A stretch of 53,954 nucleotides of DNA from a virus (IMGVR_UViG_3300022562_000719:1-53954); one strand, 5' to 3'. Shown: positions 15,731 to 25,251, counted from the first letter of the stretch. Made by a program: numbers and translations. The notes: generated from the sequence alone by a model not told the origin.

Positions 15731-16646
15731 ACGCATTGTCACAGCTGAAGAAGTCATGTTTCAAGCATTGCAATGTGCAATGAATATTGAAGCGCGTTTT
15801 GGTCAGAGCGATAACCTCCCACATCTAAAACTCTACGGCGTTCCACGTGGTGGTGTGTCAGCAGCGCTCGCTGTGCTAAGCAAATCAAACTGGCAAGGGT
15901 GGTCGCTTACTAGCGATCTAGATCAGGCCAACGCTGTTGTTGACGACATTTATGACAGCGGTGCAACCGCAAAACGCTTTAAAGCTTTTAACACGCGGTT
16001 CTTCACCCTCTTCGACAAACGCGAACCCCTATGGGCCGGACAGTGGCTTGTTATGCCGTGGGAAGGAAGTGAGGAGGGTAGTGCAGAAGACATTGTGACA
16101 CGCTTGCTGCAATACATTGGGGAAGACCCCAACCGCGAAGGGTTAAAGGATACACCAGCGCGCGTGTTACGCGCTTGGAAAGAGCGAACTATAGGCTACG
16201 GGCAGGACCCCGCTGCTGTCCTAAAGTCGTTTGAAGACGGAGCACAGGGGTGTGATGAGTTGGTTATTGTACACAATATCCCTGTGATATCCGCGTGCGA
16301 ACACCATTTGGCCGACATCGTAGGTGTTGCGCACGTGGGGTACATACCAAACGGACGCATCGTTGGTCTAAGTAAGCTTGCACGCTTGGTCGAGATTTAT
16401 ACGCGCCGGTTAATTGTGCAGGAACGCGCAACGGTGCAGATCGCAGATGCGCTGGTTAAGCACCTCGAGCCGCTTGGTGTGGGTGTGCTGATACGCGCAA
16501 GTCACGCTTGCATGTCAACGCGCGGTGTTAAAGTGCACGGGTCTGTCACCACGACGTCCGCAATGCGCGGCGCGTTGATGGATCGGGGGGAAGCGCGCAA
16601 GGAGTTCATGGACCTTTGTGCAATGGCTGAAAGGGACGCACAATGA
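15720..16646 (+). CDS. folE: Phosphoribosyltransferase-like domain fused to GTP cyclohydrolase I
   Basis: N-terminal GVPRGG, VVDDIYDSGAT (PRPP-binding loop), WLVMPWE. C-terminal REGLKDTPARV, CEHH, GLSKLAR, HACMSTRG. Confidence 0.9.
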   Translation: MSNKRIVTAEEVMFQALQCAMNIEARFGQSDNLPHLKLYGVPRGGVSAALAVLSKSNWQGWSLTSDLDQANAVVDDIYDSGATAKRFKAFNTRFFTLFDKREPLWAGQWLVMPWEGSEEGSAEDIVTRLLQYIGEDPNREGLKDTPARVLRAWKERTIGYGQDPAAVLKSFEDGAQGCDELVIVHNIPVISACEHHLADIVGVAHVGYIPNGRIVGLSKLARLVEIYTRRLIVQERATVQIADALVKHLEPLGVGVLIRASHACMSTRGVKVHGSVTTTSAMRGALMDRGEARKEFMDLCAMAERDAQ

Positions 16647-17356
16647 AAAAGGCCTGCGTACTCTCCTCTGGTGGCATGGATTCCTTTTTGCTTTGGAAAT
16701 TGTTTGCACCCGAAGCGCGACAGGTATTTGTCAATATCCGCCAGCCCTACATTGTAAAGGAACTGGATGCAATGTGGGCTATCCGGAAGTTCACAGGTGC
16801 TGATTTTGATGTATTGGAAGCGACTAGAATAGGCGAAGGCGAAGCACCCAACGGCATCATTCTGCACCGCAATGCGCTGCTGATTCTCACAGCGGCCACT
16901 TACTACAGCGAGATTCTAATGGGTGTGCTGGCGGATGAAATCAACAGCGACAAGTCACCGGAATTCTTTAGCGCTATGGAAACGGTGCTCAATATCAGCC
17001 ATCGCGGACAATACTGGAACAACGGTGTGGGTGTTGAGTACACCGTGCACAGCCCGATTCGCAGCTACACCAAGAGTGCACTGGTAGCAAAGTACATGGC
17101 AGCAGGCCACGCTGTAGAACCTTTATTGGCAACCGTGTCGTGCTACAGTGCAATGAGTGGACAATGTGGCGCTTGCCCATCTTGCTTCAAGCGGTGGGTC
17201 GCGCTGGTCAATAACGGGATACAGCAGAAGTTTAAGAGCGACCCCTTGTTGTGGGCACACTCGCAGGGGATAATTAAAAAAGCAACCGACGGAACCTACG
17301 GAAAAGCACGTGCGCAGGAAATAATGAATGCGGTCAATCGCGGCGCTGGGTGGTAG
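16643..17356 (+). CDS. queC: 7-cyano-7-deazaguanine synthase
   Basis: PP-loop SGGMDS, SCY...CGACPSC Zn motif; no glutamine amidotransferase domain. Confidence 0.9.
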   Translation: MKKACVLSSGGMDSFLLWKLFAPEARQVFVNIRQPYIVKELDAMWAIRKFTGADFDVLEATRIGEGEAPNGIILHRNALLILTAATYYSEILMGVLADEINSDKSPEFFSAMETVLNISHRGQYWNNGVGVEYTVHSPIRSYTKSALVAKYMAAGHAVEPLLATVSCYSAMSGQCGACPSCFKRWVALVNNGIQQKFKSDPLLWAHSQGIIKKATDGTYGKARAQEIMNAVNRGAGW

Positions 17357-18339
17357 CTGTGCAGATACATCTTGCAGCATGGGGTCAGAACGGTGCCGGC
17401 AGCGCGGCAATGGCAACCACAGGTCACGCGCGGGTGCTGTTGCCTGTTAGATATCCTCATGTGCTTGAATCCTACCATTACATGAGTGACAAAATTATCA
17501 CCGCAGCACGCGCTGACAACACCAAGTTCTTCCTGGACTCGGGTGCCTTTTCTATGTTCACCCAGGGTGCAAAAATCGATATTGAATCGTATGCCGGTTT
17601 TATTAAGACGCACCAGGACATCATAAAGGTTGCATCAAACCTGGACGACATTACTAAAACCGAAAAGATCTCCTACGCCAACCAGAAGCGCCTCGAAGAG
17701 CTTGGCTGCACGGTGCAACCCGTGTTTCATGCACGCGAGGACGAACGGTGGCTGGTTAAGTATTTGGACGAAGGTTATACATATATCTTTCTTGGTGGTC
17801 TGGTTCCAGAGACAACGGAGTGGTTGTTTGGTTGGCTTGACCATATCTGGCACAACTATCTAATCAAAGACGACGGCACGCCGCGAATACAGGTGCACGG
17901 GTTCGGTCTTACCAGCTTGCCACTTATGTTTCGGTATCCATGGTATTCGGTTGACTCAACCTCCTGGCTAATGACCGCAAGCTTTGGCTCCATATTTATG
18001 GACATGCCACAACCAAATGGCGCGGTAAAAGATTTCAAGGTTGATTTTTCCTCCACCTCCAGCAAGCGCCATGACATTGACTCCTGGCACTATAGCTCGC
18101 TTACTGAACCCGAGCGCCGTGTAGTGCTCGAGCGCCTCGAGCAGATGGAAGCTGACCGTCCCAAGCATCCGGAATTTGAAGCAGAGCTTGAAGGATACAT
18201 GCACTGCAAACAAGGATTCAACCCCGATGCACTAGCTGCGAGCTATGGCTGGCGACGCTACGCCAACATCGAGTACTTTCGCCGCGCTATGAACCGCAAG
18301 GTTGACCGCTTTGTACGCGAGCAGGAGACACTGTTTTGA
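17350..18339 (+). CDS. dpdA: DNA-guanine transglycosylase (TGT-like DpdA)
   Basis: FFLDSGAFS, PVFH, HGFG, PWYSVDSTSW; lies inside the que operon. Confidence 0.85.
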   Translation: MVAVQIHLAAWGQNGAGSAAMATTGHARVLLPVRYPHVLESYHYMSDKIITAARADNTKFFLDSGAFSMFTQGAKIDIESYAGFIKTHQDIIKVASNLDDITKTEKISYANQKRLEELGCTVQPVFHAREDERWLVKYLDEGYTYIFLGGLVPETTEWLFGWLDHIWHNYLIKDDGTPRIQVHGFGLTSLPLMFRYPWYSVDSTSWLMTASFGSIFMDMPQPNGAVKDFKVDFSSTSSKRHDIDSWHYSSLTEPERRVVLERLEQMEADRPKHPEFEAELEGYMHCKQGFNPDALAASYGWRRYANIEYFRRAMNRKVDRFVREQETLF

Positions 18340-19307
18340 AAGCAACCCTTGCATGGCTTAACGACGCATTGTCCGCTAAGGATTTGGTCGCGGGCATGAC
18401 ACACTACTGCGTGAGCGGTGGTGAGATCCTTGCGACGAATGGTAGGATAACAGCGGGGCACCCGTGGCCCTTTGACGGTGAGTTCCTGGTGCCCGGAAAT
18501 GAATTTGAAAAAATATTGAAACACATGCCTAACGACCCGATCATCACCGTTGACAAGGATTACATCAAATTAAGGTCTGGTAGATTCAGCGGCAAAATAA
18601 GTACGCTGCCGCTCGACCTGTGGAACCACAGCACGGGGATCGATGGGGTAATGTGGCGGCCTATACCGGGGACCCTGCTGGGGCTCCTGGAGCTGCTGCG
18701 CCCCTTCATATCGGACAACGCGGTGCACCCCTGGGCCACCACCGTTGCCCTACAGGATGGCTGGGCCTATGCCAGCAATAATATTGCTATAGCCGGAGCC
18801 CCTGGGAAGGGCTTAGGCGGCGTCCACGCCCTCCTCCCCACCTGGGCTATCGACTTCATTGTGGCACGCAGCCAGGGCTGTTCCCAATGGGCCTGGGCGG
18901 ACCATTTTGTAGCATTCAAGTGGGAAAATGGTGCATGGATGCGATCCCAGTTGGTTGTGGGGACCTTCCCCGAACGCGCTGCTGCAATGGTTAGGGCAGC
19001 CAAGGAAGAAAATCCTACCCAGGAAATTACCGCGGAATTTCGTATGGCGTTTGAAAAGGTGGTGGGGTTGACGGAAAGCACAGTTGAAATCTACGCGGAT
19101 CGTATAGAGGGGAAGTTTGGGAAAGCGATGATTGAAGATGCAGTTGCGTGCAAAGCACCCAGCGGCGCACCGTGCTCTGTGTGGGGTGCTGAGTACCTAG
19201 CGCCGGCCTTGCGTGTTGCAACACATTGGTCTCCCGAACTGTGGCCACAGCCAGTTCCATTCAAGGGGTCCGTGCTCTCAGGCTACGTCGTAGGACGGAG
19301 GATGTGA
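18336..19307 (+). CDS. Beta sliding-clamp-like protein
   Basis: 323 aa with repeated ILATNG / AYASNN, FLVPG and IKLRSGRFSGKI patterns reminiscent of DnaN-like phage proteins. Confidence 0.55.
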   Translation: MKATLAWLNDALSAKDLVAGMTHYCVSGGEILATNGRITAGHPWPFDGEFLVPGNEFEKILKHMPNDPIITVDKDYIKLRSGRFSGKISTLPLDLWNHSTGIDGVMWRPIPGTLLGLLELLRPFISDNAVHPWATTVALQDGWAYASNNIAIAGAPGKGLGGVHALLPTWAIDFIVARSQGCSQWAWADHFVAFKWENGAWMRSQLVVGTFPERAAAMVRAAKEENPTQEITAEFRMAFEKVVGLTESTVEIYADRIEGKFGKAMIEDAVACKAPSGAPCSVWGAEYLAPALRVATHWSPELWPQPVPFKGSVLSGYVVGRRM

Positions 19308-20008
19308 TGTTCGGCAAAAACCCGTTAATGAAAAAATCCAACGGCGACGGGTCCGAGCTGCACATCGTCAATGGCAGCCCGTTCCGCACAATACAGGGCG
19401 AGGGCCCTTACGCTGGACGACCCGCCGTGTTCCTACGCCTGCACGGCTGCAACCTTGCGTGCACGTTTTGCGACACCGACTTCAGCAACCCCGACGACCC
19501 CGTGGTAGAGCTATCCGAGATCATGCGACGTATCAAGGAACTATTCGGCAAAGAAAAAATCAAGCTCGTGGTGATCACGGGTGGTGAACCACTGCGGCAA
19601 AATATTGGCTTACTGCTGCTGGAGCTATCGTTCATCCCGCAAGCAATAATACAAATTGAAACCGCTGGCACGCTATGGCCGCATGACATCTACCGTCCGG
19701 TTGAAATGGTGTGCTCACCCAAGACACCCACGATCCACCCTAAAGTATTCGACCGCGCAGTGGCGTTTAAATACGTGATTGACTGCGAACAGGAACTCGA
19801 CGGGTTCATTCCGATAACGGCAACACAGGCTGATGCACGACCCGCGCGACTAGCTGCGCCGCGTCCAGGTGCGCCTGTGTATCTTTCGCCGATGGATACA
19901 TACGACTCCGCGCGTAACAAAGAAAACATCAAGCTCGTCGGCAAGCTGGCGTTACAGTATGGAGTCAACGCCGGCTTACAGATGCACAAGTTTTTTCAGG
20001 TAGACTGA
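19307..20008 (+). CDS. queE: 7-carboxy-7-deazaguanine synthase (radical SAM)
   Basis: TIQGEG, FLRLHGCNLACTFCDT, TGGEP, IETAG, SPK, LQMHK. Confidence 0.95.
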   Translation: MFGKNPLMKKSNGDGSELHIVNGSPFRTIQGEGPYAGRPAVFLRLHGCNLACTFCDTDFSNPDDPVVELSEIMRRIKELFGKEKIKLVVITGGEPLRQNIGLLLLELSFIPQAIIQIETAGTLWPHDIYRPVEMVCSPKTPTIHPKVFDRAVAFKYVIDCEQELDGFIPITATQADARPARLAAPRPGAPVYLSPMDTYDSARNKENIKLVGKLALQYGVNAGLQMHKFFQVD

Positions 20009-20009
20009 T

Positions 20010-21278
20010 ATGAAATACACCTTCCACACCACCGTCACCAACGTCGAGCAGCGCTGGCTCACCGACCACGTGACCAAGGAAGGCATCGAGCACAAGACCA
20101 GCATCGGCTGGTTCATCACGGTGGCATACGACAAGGGCATAAATTTTTCATGGGGCGTCGGCTTCGATGAACCGCAGATGAAGGCCGGAGACCCGTGCAA
20201 GATAACGCTGGAGGCGTTGAAGGTATGATCGAACGTAAATACACGGTACGCGAAATAGATGAATTGAGAGCTGTGCTTGAGGCGAAGTTTTTGACTGGCA
20301 GCTACAATAGCTTGGTCGCTCGAAGCCGCGACTATAGAACGGAAGAAAAATGCGCAGAGATAATGGCGATAGAAGCTATGGTGCGCACGCACATGGAAGC
20401 CGGTCATACGGCTGAAACACTGCTGGAGTCGCAAACTTTAAGGGATCAGGCATGACCGATAAAGAGCTACAACAAGCTGACGGCGTAATTGACTTCCTAA
20501 GTCGCTGTGGAAATGACGACATAGAAGAAGGTGTAAGTCAAATTCTTGGCCTTGGTTCGTCAAAAGATATTAGTAAGTTTCGAGAAGGAATACAGACGGC
20601 GATAAATAAGGCATCTCTCACACAAGACGAGCTGACCAGCCAACGAGGACCGCCGTCATTGGCTGCTGAATTGTTGAGGAGAAAAACGTGGACAAAATTT
20701 TTGGATACGAAATAGGTTTATTCTGGATACCTCGCTACGCGACATGGAATGAGGGCTGGTCATTCAAGTTCTGGCGTCTGCGTGTTCGCGTCAGGCGAAT
20801 GATAATCCAAAGGGAGATTTGAAGATGATCATTCTGTGGCTCTCGTTCTACGTCGGGCACCAAATCGGTTATCCAAATTTTATGGAGCCGTGGTCTTGGT
20901 GGGTGCTGCCGTATACGCTGACTTGTTTCTTTTTGTTCGTAGCTGAAATAGCCTTCTATGTCTTCATCGCCGCGTGGCTAGAGGATCGCAAGTATCAAAA
21001 GCGGAAGGAGCGACGAGATGCAGTCTGAAAATGTAACGCTGGATCTCGGCATCATAAAAGTTAAGGCAGTTCCGGTGAACGCCTACGCTGGATACGGCAA
21101 GAGGGTTCACGCAGATGCTGATGGAGCTTTGATTGATCTTGCCACATGTCTGCTCGCAGAGAAGTGGCTAAACGTAAGCAGCACAGGATTCCCGACCTTT
21201 GCGCAGTTGTTGGGGTACATTGAAAGAGACCCTGATCTGTTCGAGGCAGCAGTCAAGCTGGCAAAGTTTAAACGGTGA
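20010..21278 (+). CDS. Run of small hypothetical genes (20010-20228, 20225-20455, 20452-20715, 20819-21028 membrane, 21018-21278)
   Basis: Tightly coupled co-oriented ORFs with RBSs; no recognisable motifs. Confidence 0.6.
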
Positions 21279-21282
21279 CAAA

Positions 21283-21756
21283 ATGTGGACCGACGACCTA
21301 GTTGAGATGCTCAAGCGGCTGGTGCGCGACGGCTTGTCCGCCTCGCAGATGGCGAAGGAGCTGGGCGGCTTCACGCGTAACGCCGTCATCGCCAAGATCC
21401 ACCGCCTCAAAATAAGCAAAGAGTGGCCGCGCACCCGTGATCACGCGACGCCTGGAACGCGGCGTGTCACTAAGCGAGTGCGCACCGTCGTCACGCGCGC
21501 CCGCGTGCGCGAGGAGATCCCGCGCGAGCCGCTGCCCGAGATCAAGATGGACGACGTTCCGCTGGCGCAGCGCCGGTCGCTGATGCAGCTCGACGCGCGC
21601 CACTGCCACTGGCCGTTTGGAGATCCGCAGGAGCCTGGCTTCTTCTTTTGCGGAGCAGAGATCAAGTTAGGTGACGTTTACTGCCCGACGCACGCGGCGC
21701 GGGCCGTCGTCGGCGGGAGCCGGTACAAGAACTTCGTGAGGGTGGGATGGAGATGA
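21283..21756 (+). CDS. gcrA: GcrA-family cell-cycle transcription regulator
   Basis: MWTDD...GLSASQMAKELGGFTRNAVIAKIHRL and CHWPFGDP...FFFCG...YCPTH. Confidence 0.9.
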   Translation: MWTDDLVEMLKRLVRDGLSASQMAKELGGFTRNAVIAKIHRLKISKEWPRTRDHATPGTRRVTKRVRTVVTRARVREEIPREPLPEIKMDDVPLAQRRSLMQLDARHCHWPFGDPQEPGFFFCGAEIKLGDVYCPTHAARAVVGGSRYKNFVRVGWR

Positions 21757-22235
21757 CTGATATTTCAAAGGCAGCTATCGAGGCGGCAGCGAAGGCTACG
21801 CGCGAAGAAATCTGTCGACAATACCGAGAAGATGAACGCGGCAAATTTCCAGCTGGTGTACACTATTATGAAGAACATGTTATGCCTGCACTGATTGCCG
21901 AAGCCGCCCTCAAAGCCGCTGCGCCGTTCATGCCACTTATCCGAGAGCCATACACTGTCTGCAAATTCTGCCACAGCTTTGTCGGCGGGACTAAATGCAC
22001 GAATGAAACTTACCGGGACTGCTATCAATGGATTGTGTCGGAGCCATTTGAAATCGAACGATTGAAAGCCGCTGGCAGCTACAACGACGGCATCGAAGCG
22101 GCGGCGAAAGTGGCCGATAAAGCCATAGTAGAAGCAAAAGCAGACCGAGAAAAATTCAAACAAGATGAATACCTTTGGTGTGAGCAGGAGGCCAAAGGTA
22201 TTGCCGCCGACATCCGCGCACTCAAGAAGGAATAA
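21747..22235 (+). CDS. Hypothetical protein
   Basis: Phage-type GIEAAAKVAD...AADIRALK segment; CxxC. Confidence 0.65.
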   Translation: MEMTDISKAAIEAAAKATREEICRQYREDERGKFPAGVHYYEEHVMPALIAEAALKAAAPFMPLIREPYTVCKFCHSFVGGTKCTNETYRDCYQWIVSEPFEIERLKAAGSYNDGIEAAAKVADKAIVEAKADREKFKQDEYLWCEQEAKGIAADIRALKKE

Positions 22236-22240
22236 ACCAA

Positions 22241-22576
22241 ATGCACGATGGAATGAGCGACTATCCAAGTAAGCCAAAGTTCAATCCCGGCGACGTCGTT
22301 CAGCTCAAGAGCGGCGGCAAAACGATGACAGTGAAGTGCGAGGTGGACGAAGCCGCCGCGCGCAATGCCTACTCGCACATGGAGATCGGCATAGTCTGTG
22401 ACTGGCACGACGATGCAGGCATACCGCAGCAGGAGACGTTCGTGGCTGAGCAGCTTACGAAGGTTAGCGGGCGCAACCCGCGCGACGAGTTTGCTGCTGT
22501 TGAACGATTTCTTGACGCCGGCAAGCCGCTTTCAGCACTTAATTTCGCGCGAGAAATGGTGAAGGAGTATTCGTGA
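22241..22576 (+). CDS. DUF2158/YodC-like protein
   Basis: FNPGDVVQLKSGGKTMTV...CDW...F...L. Confidence 0.7.
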   Translation: MHDGMSDYPSKPKFNPGDVVQLKSGGKTMTVKCEVDEAAARNAYSHMEIGIVCDWHDDAGIPQQETFVAEQLTKVSGRNPRDEFAAVERFLDAGKPLSALNFAREMVKEYS

Positions 22577-23460
22577 TGGGCCAATGGGGACAGAAAATAA
22601 CGCTGATTAAGGACGACACCTGCATCCAGGTCAGCGCGCACGTCGACACTGGCGGCGCGTTCACGCCACTGTTCGACAGCTCCTCCGGCGTGCGCATGGC
22701 CGTCGGCGTAATTGATCATGTCATTCTCGATAGCTGGGACGGCGACCTCGCCGCAGCGGAGGCCATGATGGAGGATCTCAAGCGCAAGTACGTGGGCATG
22801 GGCTACGAGGAGTGGCTCAAGCTGGCTGCGCGAAGCCGTGCAATGCCGTATTCGAAGAAGGTGGACCAATGATGAAGCGCAAGACGCCGCCGTTAGGTAA
22901 GTTCGAGACGCTGACGAACGGCGAGTATTATCTGTCCGCCGAGACGTTCATGCACTACAGAGCGATCATCTTGCCGCTGCTCGGCAGATCGGCAATCATA
23001 AACGTGCGAGGCAAGCTGCCGGCGAGATTTCGCGCCATGCTGCGCAGGAACAACAAGCTGGCGAGAGAACGCAACGCCTACCAGCTCCGGCTGCAAAAGT
23101 ATTATGAACGAGAGCTAAGAGTAAAACCTAACACCATGAGTTACGGTGGACGCATACATGGAGAGGCGGACGACCGATAGGCACTAGGCTAAGTGCCGGC
23201 ACGAAATTACGAGTAACTGCCGACACCCTCTCCGCCAGTTAAGGAGACCGACGATGAAGAGCAGGTTTGCAAAGGGTACACCTGAATATGCAGAGGAGCT
23301 GCGCTTGGAGTTTGGCTGGCTGCTCGCTGGCCTATTAACAGGAATTGCGCTGCGTGTTATGGTAAACCTCGTCGCGGTGAACGGAGTACCAGAGATGACA
23401 AACGGCACGATCAGAATGGTTCCGCCTGACGAAGCGGTGCTGAGCGCACTGTTGGCTTGA
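22573..23460 (+). CDS. Three hypothetical genes (22573-22872, 22869-23180, 23254-23460)
   Basis: Coupled ORFs with RBSs. Confidence 0.55.
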
Positions 23461-23488
23461 GAAATAGTTTATAAAAAGGGAGCGGCAA

Positions 23489-23707
23489 ATGACAGAAGCA
23501 CAGATCAAATACATGGTTCAACGTTTTCTCAGCTGGCGATTGCCGGACGACTTCAGCCCCGATGCTGGAATCAGCTTCAAGGCCGAATATAATGAGAACA
23601 CACAATGGCCGTCGAAGCATGAACCAACCGGCACAAATCTATTTGACGCCGGGCAGGCAACCGCAATGGTTCGCTACATGATAGACGGGATGCCGAACGA
23701 TTTATAG
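23489..23707 (+). CDS. Hypothetical protein (array ORF)
   Basis: Bounded by repeats; ends ...NDL-stop inside the repeat. Confidence 0.75.
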   Translation: MTEAQIKYMVQRFLSWRLPDDFSPDAGISFKAEYNENTQWPSKHEPTGTNLFDAGQATAMVRYMIDGMPNDL

Positions 23708-23719
23708 ATAGGAGCGGCC

Positions 23720-24067
23720 GTGAAGATTAAAATCACCGAGCCCCGCATGAACCCATCCACATTAGATAATTCTGCCGCACATCGCTGGTTATGCGATATA
23801 GAGCGCAAGATTGACTTGGCAATGAAGGAAAACAAACAAGACAGAAAAAACATAATGAGAGAGAATAGTCCGATGTTTTTGCTCGAATGCGATCTCGAAG
23901 GAACCGGCGATTGGACGGTACTATGCGGGCACAAAACGCTAGAACAGGCCGAATCATGCATGAAGTATTTTCAGCCGATGGCGGCCTTCTCAGGCAAGCC
24001 AATGCGTATTCGAGCTGATGAAAAATCCGCCATTGAACGCTACAAAGATGCAGCGCAAGGATTGTGA
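23720..24067 (+). CDS. Hypothetical protein (array ORF)
   Basis: GTG after the repeat RBS; followed by an overlapping 28-aa ORF 24064-24150 that also ends NDL-stop. Confidence 0.65.
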   Translation: MKIKITEPRMNPSTLDNSAAHRWLCDIERKIDLAMKENKQDRKNIMRENSPMFLLECDLEGTGDWTVLCGHKTLEQAESCMKYFQPMAAFSGKPMRIRADEKSAIERYKDAAQGL

Positions 24068-24164
24068 CGGTTATCAAGAAAGGCCGGTTTAAAAAGAAAT
24101 GTGCGGCGGAAACGGAAATTTCGGATTGTTGGGGAATGAACGATTTATAGATAGGAGGCTGCCG

Positions 24165-24269
24165 ATGGAAAATTTTCCTGAATTGTTTGTGCTGGTCTTT
24201 GCTGCCGTTGTGCTTTCCGCGATCTGTATAGACCGCCTAAGAGGTGGCTATAATTTTGGCCGTTTATAA
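24165..24269 (+). CDS. 34-aa single-TM peptide
   Basis: MENFPELFVLVFAAVVLSAICIDRLRGGYNFGRL; repeat RBS before it, stop in the next repeat. Confidence 0.65.
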   Translation: MENFPELFVLVFAAVVLSAICIDRLRGGYNFGRL

Positions 24270-24281
24270 ATAGGAGCGGAT

Positions 24282-24362
24282 ATGAACGATGCCTTTTGGT
24301 TAGCACTAATGGCTACAGGACTTTGCGCCATTGTTGCCATCGCGATACTAAAGCTTAAATAG
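24282..24362 (+). CDS. 26-aa single-TM peptide
   Basis: MNDAFWLALMATGLCAIVAIAILKLK; bounded by repeats. Confidence 0.65.
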   Translation: MNDAFWLALMATGLCAIVAIAILKLK

Positions 24363-24373
24363 GAGCGGCAACA

Positions 24374-24487
24374 ATGAATATCTGGCGATGCGAAAAATGT
24401 GGCACCGATTCAGACGGCCCACCATGTCCATACTGTAAGCAGTGGCCGGATTGTAAGCAGTGGCCGGATAAACAGAAGCATAAATAA
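24374..24487 (+). CDS. 37-aa zinc-ribbon peptide
   Basis: CEKC...CPYC; 18-bp tandem duplication at 24434-24469. Confidence 0.65.
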   Translation: MNIWRCEKCGTDSDGPPCPYCKQWPDCKQWPDKQKHK

Positions 24488-24496
24488 GGAGCGGCG

Positions 24497-24661
24497 ATGG
24501 ATGAAATGCTCGCAATGATAGATAAGATTCTTCACGATGAAGAAGCGGCTTATTATCAGCGCATCGCCGTGCTTAGAGTGGAGCGCGAGCGCATTATTCG
24601 CACGATGGCGGAAAAGAAAATGCTCGAACCGCCACCACCAGTCATTATCAAAGCCCAATAG
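24497..24661 (+). CDS. 54-aa hypothetical protein
   Basis: MDEMLAMIDK...; bounded by repeats. Confidence 0.65.
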   Translation: MDEMLAMIDKILHDEEAAYYQRIAVLRVERERIIRTMAEKKMLEPPPPVIIKAQ

Positions 24662-24670
24662 GGAGCGGCA

Positions 24671-24850
24671 ATGAATGACGCCGAATTATTACGCAAACAT
24701 TGGCCAGAATCTTTGCCGTGGGCCATTCGGGAGTTAATAATCGGAAATATGGTAGTTGGTAATTTTTCGCAGGCGTTTGCCGCCGATCTTGGGTTTGCGA
24801 TAGCAAAACGCCTTGAATCCGTTTCTGAGCAAGAACAGAAGCAGCCATAG
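24671..24850 (+). CDS. 59-aa hypothetical protein
   Basis: MNDAELLRKHW...; bounded by repeats. Confidence 0.65.
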   Translation: MNDAELLRKHWPESLPWAIRELIIGNMVVGNFSQAFAADLGFAIAKRLESVSEQEQKQP

Positions 24851-24862
24851 GAGCCACGTCAC

Positions 24863-25045
24863 ATGATGAAAATTCAAGAGTATGCCGACATAGCGAAACG
24901 GCTGGCCGAATTTTATTCGGATGATGAGGCTACCGAGTGGATGACAAGCCCTCATCCGCAGCTTGAGGGTCGCCGCCCGGTCGATTGCAAGTTCTCAGAG
25001 GTCGCGCCAATCCTCGACCGGCTTGAGTCGGGCGCATACTTATAA
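24863..25045 (+). CDS. Stand-alone Xre/MbcA/ParS antitoxin toxin-binding domain (DUF2384-like)
   Basis: FYSDDEATEWMTSPHPQLEGRRPVD...LDRLESGAY. Confidence 0.7.
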   Translation: MMKIQEYADIAKRLAEFYSDDEATEWMTSPHPQLEGRRPVDCKFSEVAPILDRLESGAYL

Positions 25046-25059
25046 AAAGGGAGCGGTAA

Positions 25060-25251
25060 TTGAAAAGCGCGCTACATCATGCGGCCAAACGAAAAAAAGA
25101 AATCATAATTGATACACTCCGCAATCCCACTCTTTTGCAATACAGCTTAACGACGCGAAAAATAATCGCCTTATACCAAATCGGCGGGTGGGATGAAGTA
25201 GATGGATATATTAGAAAAATAACCATTGATCCGACTAAAAGAAAGGGCTGA
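25060..25251 (+). CDS. Hypothetical protein (array ORF)
   Basis: TTG after the repeat RBS. Confidence 0.55.
   Translation: MKSALHHAAKRKKEIIIDTLRNPTLLQYSLTTRKIIALYQIGGWDEVDGYIRKITIDPTKRKG

Noticed and set aside
17350-18339. tRNA-guanine transglycosylase / queuosine tRNA pathway
   Set aside because: No queF/queA/queG, no TGT-type Zn motif seen, and the phage context fits DpdA acting on DNA.
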